Program-made: the position numbers and the translations under genes | Virus record (IMG/VR): IMGVR_UViG_3300044295_000401 | Length of the DNA: 64,000 bases | Strand: one strand, 5' to 3' | From: an uncultured virus (IMG/VR IMGVR_UViG_3300044295_000401) | Taxonomy: Duplodnaviria; Heunggongvirae; Uroviricota; Caudoviricetes | Shown here: in pieces, positions 57,883 to 64,000 of the stretch | How positions within the stretch are numbered: position 1 is the stretch's first letter | Layout of the letters: every line of letters begins with the position of its first letter | Notes under the pieces: model-generated | The model's input: only the letters and a program-made list of their open reading frames with translations | Told to the model about the DNA's origin: nothing | Databases searched by the model: none

Positions 57883-58711
57883 TGTGTTCCCATAGATATA
57901 CATTAGGGGAAATCATCTGTACATCAAAAGTCTTGCGGTTACGATTACCACGATCTTCATTTGGTTGTGGAAGAGCAGGGCTTAGCTTAAGAGCGGGTTC
58001 AGGATAGTTTGCCACATTAAGGTTAACAATACCGTCTACTAGACCTTTAGCGCTAGCATCTTCAGCATCAATCCAGAGTTCATAAGCTACAAGTTTATTG
58101 TATTCGTCAAGTGTTACTTTAGAGCGCTTTACCACGTTAGCTACAATTTTATCAACGTAACGGGTAATAGTAGTTAGCTGACTAAGCATATTAGGAACTT
58201 GACCTTGAGCACCAGCTGACGCTGGGTGGTACATTAGAATAGCACGGTCAGTGGCATAACGCTTAACACCATAAGAATGGATCATTGCTGCCATAGAGGC
58301 GCATAGGCGAGTACATACGGTATATACAGGAGCTTTAGATGCTTCCATCTCTGAAATAAGAGTAGCGCCATCAAGAATAGAACCACCAGGACTATCAATT
58401 AAAAGCCAAATAGGTTCTGATGAATTAGCTTGAAGCTTTTTAATTTGATCGGTTAGTTCTTGAGCAGAATCATAATCTACTACACGATTAAGATAAAGTA
58501 CGCGATTTTTATTAACAGCGGTTTTAAGTACATTTTTAGCGGCTACAACAAGTTCGCCATCTGCACTTAGACGTTTATCTGTAATATTGCCCGAAACGGT
58601 TGCTGATTGAACTGTGATGTTTTCGGGGGTTGATGATTGGTTAAATGATGCATTGGTGTAAGCTAATAGACCTACAGCAACAAGCAAACTACCTGCTACA
58701 TAATATTTCAT
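57860..58711 (-). CDS. ClpP-like (S14) serine protease with N-terminal signal peptide
   Basis: IDSPGGS, CASMAAMI (catalytic Ser), LMYHP (His), GLVDGI; MKYYVAGSLLVAVGLLAY leader. Confidence 0.8.
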   Translation of the reverse strand: MKYYVAGSLLVAVGLLAYTNASFNQSSTPENITVQSATVSGNITDKRLSADGELVVAAKNVLKTAVNKNRVLYLNRVVDYDSAQELTDQIKKLQANSSEPIWLLIDSPGGSILDGATLISEMEASKAPVYTVCTRLCASMAAMIHSYGVKRYATDRAILMYHPASAGAQGQVPNMLSQLTTITRYVDKIVANVVKRSKVTLDEYNKLVAYELWIDAEDASAKGLVDGIVNLNVANYPEPALKLSPALPQPNEDRGNRNRKTFDVQMISPNVYLWEHNAGKTKK

Positions 58712-58735
58712 TTTTATCCTTATTATTAGTTAGAA

Positions 58736-58751
58736 GGCACGATCTGTGCCA
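58736..58751 (-). promoter_or_regulatory. sigma54-type motif / palindrome upstream of the ClpP-like gene
   Basis: TGGCACAGATCGTGCC has GG-N10-GC; also an inverted repeat GGCAC / GTGCC. Confidence 0.4.
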
Positions 58752-58777
58752 TTTTTAGTAGATTAACACAAATAGTA

Positions 58778-59272
58778 TTATTTGTCAACTAATTTCTTTT
58801 TGGCTTCTCTACGAATTTTTCTGAGTTGTACTTCTGTGTCTGTTTTTACTGTGTGACATGGATCACATAGAATTTGAAACCCCTCGGTATTACAGAACAT
58901 TCGGGTAATATACATAGACCAGTCTTTACCATCCCATCCATCAAGAGGAACTACAGGATCTTTATGGTCTACAAAGTATTCACCGTTTTTAAATAAGCCG
59001 TGACACATAGCACATTTATATAAACCGCGTTCAACACGAGCTGCTTTAATAGCTTCGCTGCGGTAATGCCATCTGTAACTAGCTGTTCTTAATTTAGGAA
59101 TTAGAAAACGTCGAAGTTCTTTTTGAAGCTCATCATCCAATACGCTTTGATCTGTAATCGCAGATGCTGCATTTTTGGAATCTTCTGCCTGCAATAATAA
59201 TTTCTGTGAGTCCTTTTCGTCCGCATTCGGGACACTCTGCTCGTCGATCTTCTGCTTCTTTTTTCGGCCCAT
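58778..59272 (-). CDS. HNH endonuclease-like protein
   Basis: CAMC, VDHKDPV, LCDPCH..KT. Confidence 0.75.
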   Translation of the reverse strand: MGRKKKQKIDEQSVPNADEKDSQKLLLQAEDSKNAASAITDQSVLDDELQKELRRFLIPKLRTASYRWHYRSEAIKAARVERGLYKCAMCHGLFKNGEYFVDHKDPVVPLDGWDGKDWSMYITRMFCNTEGFQILCDPCHTVKTDTEVQLRKIRREAKKKLVDK

Positions 59273-59471
59273 TTTCTACCTCATCAAGGGCCTCCTCGTA
59301 TTTATCTTTATTAATCCCTTTAGATATCTTTTTTAACTGTTTTAATAATGACCTATTAATTGACTTTAGTTCACGTACTTCTTTTTCCAGTTTTTCAACA
59401 TAATCATCTTCTTTTTTAATCTTTTTACTTTTTTTATTTACCCTGGTCTTTTTATTTACCGGTACTGCCAT
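59133..59471 (-). CDS. coiled-coil plus Zn-ribbon protein
   Basis: CPECG ... CSICD; overlaps the HNH ORF, whose true start may be further downstream. Confidence 0.5.
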   Translation of the reverse strand: MAVPVNKKTRVNKKSKKIKKEDDYVEKLEKEVRELKSINRSLLKQLKKISKGINKDKYEEALDEVENGPKKEAEDRRAECPECGRKGLTEIIIAGRRFQKCSICDYRSKRIG

Positions 59472-59877
59472 ATCCGCCTGTTCCTCGTTGTGAACTGCTT
59501 AGGTCTTTGACTTCGATAAGTTGAATTTTAGGATAAGGGATAATTAATAACTGGCCTACTCTATCTCCAACTTCATATGTTTGACAGAACTTTTGTATAT
59601 CTGTTAGCTTAAACTTAAATAGAATCTCTCCGCGATAACCACTGTCAATTACGCCTACATGATTACCTAAAGTTAAATCGTATTTAGTAAGACTTGAACG
59701 AGGGAATAATAATCCTACATAACCCTCAGGAATTTCAATAGCTAGTCCAGTACCGTAAACAATGTTCTTACCTTCTTGTGTTTTAGATGTAGCAGTTAAA
59801 TCTAATGCAGCATCGCCTGGATTGCTATAGGTAGGAATTACAGCGGTTTCATTTAGCTTTTTAACTTTAACCTGCAT
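59452..59877 (-). CDS. dut: trimeric dUTPase
   Basis: AALDL, PRSS, GVIDSGYRGE, GDRVGQ, RGTGGYGSTG motifs. Confidence 0.95.
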   Translation of the reverse strand: MQVKVKKLNETAVIPTYSNPGDAALDLTATSKTQEGKNIVYGTGLAIEIPEGYVGLLFPRSSLTKYDLTLGNHVGVIDSGYRGEILFKFKLTDIQKFCQTYEVGDRVGQLLIIPYPKIQLIEVKDLSSSQRGTGGYGSTGK

Positions 59878-60043
59878 TAGTTCTTCCTTTCATAATCTTT
59901 AATTAGATCTTTATGGATCTTTTTAGCTCGTTCAAGTAGATCTTTATGTTGTTTAATCATATCGTTATGATATTCGATGTTTTTTTCGTGGTAATTAATT
60001 ACATCTTTAAGATGATCTAATTGTTCTTCAAGTTCTTCTTTAC

Positions 60044-60826
60044 TCATCGAGAGATACCTTTTTTCATGTTCTTACGTGCTTCTGGGCTTAACTCATTTGT
60101 TTTCTCTTGAAATGACTTACCGCAAGATTTACACTTATAGCGTTTAAAAATACCGCTATTATTAATAGCATGACCTTTACTAATAAGTTCTTTTGAACCG
60201 CAAGAACAAACGTGTTCACCATTATTAAATACAGCAAAATTAATAGTATTATCCCAAGGAGCAAGTTTACGATAAACTTCTTCTAAAACTAATACGTCTT
60301 GTTTGTTATATTGTTGCATTTCTTTCCAAGCATCTTTATTATTAGCTAGACATTCTTTCCAAAGCTCAAACCCTGGGTATTTACGTTTTGTTAGTTTCTT
60401 AAGCTTACAACCTAAAAACTTAGCAAGATATTCTAGTTTATTGCTTGTAAAAGCAAAATGTTTTTTAGCAACACTTAGTGTATCAACTTGACGAAAAGGT
60501 GAAGGAGGTTGCATACCGTGCTTAATAAAACGAGCATTAATTCGTTTAACGTCAAAGCGTTTACTATTATGACCAATCACTACATCAGCTTCATCCATTA
60601 AATGCCAAAGTTTTTCGAGGATCTTTTTTTCATCTTCAATGTTTTTAGCATTGCGTTGATCGGAGTACATTATCTCAGATTTATCTAACCACTTTGCGCT
60701 CCAAGATAAGATACACCAGTCTGTTTTTAACATAGATGTACCCATTTGTTCTTCGTGAAGCTGCCAAATATAACTCATCATTGGCATGGTTTCTATGTCT
60801 AATAGAAGTACTTTTGCTTTATTCAT
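60044..60826 (-). CDS. DEDD / RNase H-fold exonuclease with C-terminal Zn ribbon
   Basis: LDIET, GHN..RFD, YNKQDV; CSCG ... CKSCG. Confidence 0.8.
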   Translation of the reverse strand: MNKAKVLLLDIETMPMMSYIWQLHEEQMGTSMLKTDWCILSWSAKWLDKSEIMYSDQRNAKNIEDEKKILEKLWHLMDEADVVIGHNSKRFDVKRINARFIKHGMQPPSPFRQVDTLSVAKKHFAFTSNKLEYLAKFLGCKLKKLTKRKYPGFELWKECLANNKDAWKEMQQYNKQDVLVLEEVYRKLAPWDNTINFAVFNNGEHVCSCGSKELISKGHAINNSGIFKRYKCKSCGKSFQEKTNELSPEARKNMKKGISR

Positions 60827-61137
60827 TTTTTAAATAGTCCGTCCAAATAGGGTAAAATATATTCTAGTCCAAGCACTTGAGGTTCAGTTAATCCAATTTT
60901 AAATTCCTCACTCCAAGCATGTAAACACTCATGAAAAAACGTTTCACAAGTTAGTTTAGGAGACATGCCCATTTTAATAGTGATTATTTTATTATCTAGG
61001 TCGGTAATACCAAATAAAGAATTACCTTTTGTATCTAGTATCTTTTTTTGCCAGGTAACTTGATATACTACTTTAGGCGCAATGTGAATTTGCGCAGGAA
61101 TATTACTTACTTTTTCTTTCCAGTTTATGCGTGCCAT
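60823..61137 (-). CDS. small HExxH metallopeptidase-like protein
   Basis: TFFHECLHA...E. Confidence 0.65.
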   Translation of the reverse strand: MARINWKEKVSNIPAQIHIAPKVVYQVTWQKKILDTKGNSLFGITDLDNKIITIKMGMSPKLTCETFFHECLHAWSEEFKIGLTEPQVLGLEYILPYLDGLFKK

Positions 61138-61361
61138 TATTTAGTACGCCCCTTAGTCTCTACCATAATTTTACGTTGCTCTAAAGCGATTTCTAAGAAC
61201 GGTTTAAACTCTGAAATAGTTGTTAAAATGTGTTGTACAGGTAGATAACGGCGATAATTAGCTAGACTAGATTGGGTAGCATTAACGATTTTTAGAATCT
61301 TTTCTAATTCTTTAACCATTAACATAGATTTTTTATATTCAGTAATATTGTGTATCGACAT
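61137..61361 (-). CDS. hypothetical protein
   Basis: 74-aa ORF with TAATG overlaps. Confidence 0.5.
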   Translation of the reverse strand: MSIHNITEYKKSMLMVKELEKILKIVNATQSSLANYRRYLPVQHILTTISEFKPFLEIALEQRKIMVETKGRTK

Positions 61362-61621
61362 TATTCTTCGCCATCTAGCATTTCAAAAACTTCTTCAATG
61401 ATATTATCTGCTGTAGGTGAGATATCCATATGTTCTAAAAACATCCTAGCTTGCTTACGGTGTTTTCTTGGTGAAATTTTTGATGTTCTTTTGTTTAATT
61501 TAACCGCATTTTGCATTAAAGCTAATTCAAACCAATCTGTATTATCACTCCAATGAATATGGTATTCGTTTTGAAAAAGTCGATTATGGTGTTTATTTTG
61601 TTTATTTAACCAATTAATCAT
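61361..61621 (-). CDS. hypothetical protein
   Basis: 86-aa ORF with ATGA overlap. Confidence 0.5.
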   Translation of the reverse strand: MINWLNKQNKHHNRLFQNEYHIHWSDNTDWFELALMQNAVKLNKRTSKISPRKHRKQARMFLEHMDISPTADNIIEEVFEMLDGEE

Positions 61622-62586
61622 GCAAACCCGAGAGATTTACCTTGTTCTTTAAAAGCTTTGTTGTATTCTTCTACTTCTTTAAGAACTTCTTTAAGACTAG
61701 CTTCTAATGACTTTTCATGAATAACAGAGCGGATAATTGCTTCTTTAATGTGTGCAGGTGAAAGATGGTCTGCTGGGCGTCCTTCTAAGACTTTCTTTTC
61801 TGATTCATCTAATTCCCTTTTAAGGAAGAATTGAGCTAGTTTAACACGTGCATCTGCTTTAGGATATCCGGCCTTAATCTTGTCATCAAAACGTCCTGGA
61901 CGGTTGGTAAGGCTTCCCATAAGCACTTCTGGAAAGTTTGTGGTGGCAATAATTAATGTTGGGATCTTAAGAGTTTTTTCGTTGTTATCTAACAAAGAGA
62001 GTAGACCAGAATCAGCTCCGCGTCTAACTTCTTCCATTTCAATTCCGCCAACGTCTTCCATAATAAGAATTAACTGTTCTACATTATCATAAGAAAACGT
62101 TTTAATAAAGTCTTTAACTTGATATGCTTCAAACTTTTCTGTTTGAAATACCACTACAGCAGTTTTACCTAATTCTACGTATTTGTTACAAATTTTAGCA
62201 ATAGAAGTTGACTTGCCAGTACCAGGAGGACCAAAGAGAAGAATGTTGCGTTTAGCAATTTCAAATCCTAGCTCTTTGTATTTATGAATATTACGAAAAA
62301 AACAATCAGCTTTATCTTCAATTTCTTTAGTGTTTACAAAGTCTTCTAGAATGTTGTCTTTAATAAAACTTGTTCGTTCTAGGTAAAACCCAGAAAGATT
62401 TTGCATGATTGTGTAAATACCAGGTTCTACTTTATATGGTTCAGGATTCTTTTCGACTTCAATATATTTTAATTGAACAAACTTACCTTCTGGGGTAAGG
62501 GTAGAATAATCGCTTTCTGGGATAAAATCTCCAACAGCGGCTTTATTAAGATCTGTAACTTTTTCTACTCGGAAATGACCTGCCAT
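61618..62586 (-). CDS. classical-clade AAA+ ATPase
   Basis: GPPGTGKS, ILIMED, IATTN, RPGRFD. Confidence 0.9.
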   Translation of the reverse strand: MAGHFRVEKVTDLNKAAVGDFIPESDYSTLTPEGKFVQLKYIEVEKNPEPYKVEPGIYTIMQNLSGFYLERTSFIKDNILEDFVNTKEIEDKADCFFRNIHKYKELGFEIAKRNILLFGPPGTGKSTSIAKICNKYVELGKTAVVVFQTEKFEAYQVKDFIKTFSYDNVEQLILIMEDVGGIEMEEVRRGADSGLLSLLDNNEKTLKIPTLIIATTNFPEVLMGSLTNRPGRFDDKIKAGYPKADARVKLAQFFLKRELDESEKKVLEGRPADHLSPAHIKEAIIRSVIHEKSLEASLKEVLKEVEEYNKAFKEQGKSLGFA

Positions 62587-62615
62587 TCAAACCTCTTAAT
62601 TAAAAGATAACTACA

Positions 62616-62644
62616 ACTATAACACTATCTGATGTGTTTGTCAA
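62616..62644 (-). promoter_or_regulatory. sigma70-type promoter
   Basis: TTGACA-17 nt-TATAGT with extended TG, upstream of the AAA+ gene. Confidence 0.65.
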
Positions 62645-62955
62645 CTTTTCTTTGGCCGTGTATCGTGTTCTGGTTTATTTAACAACATCCAATGCGCAAA
62701 AAATAGATTAGCACAAGCATTTATTAAATGATTTGTTTTAGTTTCTTCGTCCATGTCTTGACCGTCATTAAATTGTGTAATATGACGCATTGCTGCTGCT
62801 GTTAAACGGTGAATGTCTAACCCATTTTGCCAATTCCAGCGACCGTATTTCTTTTCACCCGCCATTAATACGCGAGCCAGTTCCCATAATGGTTCGCGAG
62901 GCAGCAAAGATAAGTCCGGTTTCTCTTGATCGTATTTTTTACCTTTTTCTGACAT
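62641..62955 (-). CDS. dATP/dGTP diphosphohydrolase-like domain protein
   Basis: GKKYD..KP..SLLP, G.KKYG.WNW, A.RH, D.E...HL..A..N pattern. Confidence 0.75.
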   Translation of the reverse strand: MSEKGKKYDQEKPDLSLLPREPLWELARVLMAGEKKYGRWNWQNGLDIHRLTAAAMRHITQFNDGQDMDEETKTNHLINACANLFFAHWMLLNKPEHDTRPKKS

Positions 62956-62956
62956 A

Positions 62957-63247
62957 TTAAATAAATAGAGTTTTAAGGTTGTTTAATTTTTCGCGTAGTT
63001 CTTTATTTTCTTGTTCAAGTTTTTGTATATATTCTTTGTCTTTTAATGCAAAATTAACTTTTTGTTGTAGTTTTACAATGTACTTATCTTGATCATAAGA
63101 CCAATGCCCTATAATGACCGGCTGTGTTTCTTCTATTACAAGAAGTCCTTTTGTAACAAGGTCGCCTAAAGATTCTAAAATAAGGTTTTCTTTTTGTTTA
63201 GCAAGCTCTTGTGCCATGTCACTAAAGGTTTTATCTGTGCTGATCAT
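62957..63247 (-). CDS. hypothetical protein
   Basis: 96-aa ORF with ATGA overlap. Confidence 0.55.
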   Translation of the reverse strand: MISTDKTFSDMAQELAKQKENLILESLGDLVTKGLLVIEETQPVIIGHWSYDQDKYIVKLQQKVNFALKDKEYIQKLEQENKELREKLNNLKTLFI

Positions 63248-63597
63248 AGAAGCTCTAGTTCTCCTGTAATACGGTCAATTTTGTAATCTTCATCAGGACC
63301 AAATGCACAACAAGTAATTGTTCCGGGGTCAACTTCAGTATTACCTGCGTCTTTAATAACAGTAAATCGAACACCGGTTTCTTCTGCTTTACTTACTAGT
63401 TGAAACAGTTCATCTTGAGTATTACAGCCTACTACAATTTTAGGCATACCTGTTTCAAGCCAAAGATTTACGCGGCTGTCAGGATAAATATTACATCCGG
63501 TAGTAACTACTGACCTAACTGATGCATGCGCTACTTGAGCTGCAATTTTCCCTTTCCTTAAGTGAAGATCTTTCCTCACGACAATAACTTGTTTCAT
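63244..63597 (-). CDS. pth2: peptidyl-tRNA hydrolase, Pth2 type
   Basis: KQVIVVRKDL..GKIAAQVAHA, KIVV, DAG.TE..PGT.T, ITG.L.LL. Confidence 0.9.
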   Translation of the reverse strand: MKQVIVVRKDLHLRKGKIAAQVAHASVRSVVTTGCNIYPDSRVNLWLETGMPKIVVGCNTQDELFQLVSKAEETGVRFTVIKDAGNTEVDPGTITCCAFGPDEDYKIDRITGELELL

Positions 63598-64000
63598 TTA
63601 ATAACTCCTTTAGGGCTTCTTTATTCTTTTTTAGTTTATAGTTTTTAAACAAAGCATCGCAGTCAAGAACAGTTTCAAATACGTAAATAGTATCATACAC
63701 CATTCCAAGCAGTCTGTCAACATCATATTGGCCGTTAAACTTTTCAGCAAGCTCTAATGTATTTTTATCTTTGTAATATACCCAGATTCTATCGCCTTCT
63801 ACATATTCAGAACCATCGAGTGTGTCTCTTATTCGAGCTTCGTTGGTGCGTTCACTATTTAATGTTTTTTCACTAATAGTTTTACGAGAAGACCAGCGTT
63901 TAATATCTTGTACATCGCATGCTTCTTTAATGTATTTGTTATATATTTCTACGTAGTTTTGTTTGTGGTTAAGAATTGAGTCAATTACTTCCTTAATCAT
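63515..64000 (-). CDS. partial ORF, probable C-terminus of a family B DNA polymerase
   Basis: Runs off the window edge; GDRIWVYY...YD..RL segment resembles PolB C-termini; catalytic motifs are not in the window. Confidence 0.4.
   Translation of the reverse strand: MIKEVIDSILNHKQNYVEIYNKYIKEACDVQDIKRWSSRKTISEKTLNSERTNEARIRDTLDGSEYVEGDRIWVYYKDKNTLELAEKFNGQYDVDRLLGMVYDTIYVFETVLDCDALFKNYKLKKNKEALKELLNETSYCREERSSLKERENCSSSSACIS

Noticed and set aside
61618..62586. AAA+ ATPase as the sigma54 enhancer-binding activator
   Set aside because: No GAFTGA loop; motifs (RPGRFD) are those of the classical FtsH/Cdc48-like clade
1..64000. Integrase, reverse transcriptase, retron or complete DGR
   Set aside because: No recombinase or RT (YxDD) motifs recognised in any ORF in this window

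Overview
A 64-kb AT-rich segment of a tailed dsDNA bacteriophage genome with podovirus-like morphogenesis genes; no host genes or integrase were seen. Layout: (1) 1-10.1 kb, a leftward accessory/early region with an amidoligase / class II glutamine amidotransferase / ATP-grasp trio, a tRNA-Ile(UAU) plus a truncated second copy, and many small ORFs. Six of these small genes end in the same C-terminal tag, HLP[E/K]W[L/F]-stop. (2) About 10.1-11.65 kb, a divergent non-coding hub with sigma54-type -24/-12 motifs and two long hairpin-rich tracts. (3) 11.7-55.7 kb, mostly rightward lysis, packaging and virion genes punctuated by eight copies of the motif TTAACAACTAT. The portal gene is split by one group I intron and the major capsid gene by three (two carry LAGLIDADG or GIY-YIG endonuclease ORFs); I reconstructed all splice junctions in frame. 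(4) 55.7-64 kb, a leftward block with a signal-peptide-bearing ClpP-like protease, HNH, dUTPase, exonuclease, AAA+ ATPase, dATP/dGTP diphosphohydrolase-like protein, Pth2 and the probable 3' end of a DNA polymerase. All functional calls come from motif recognition by eye; no database searches were run.
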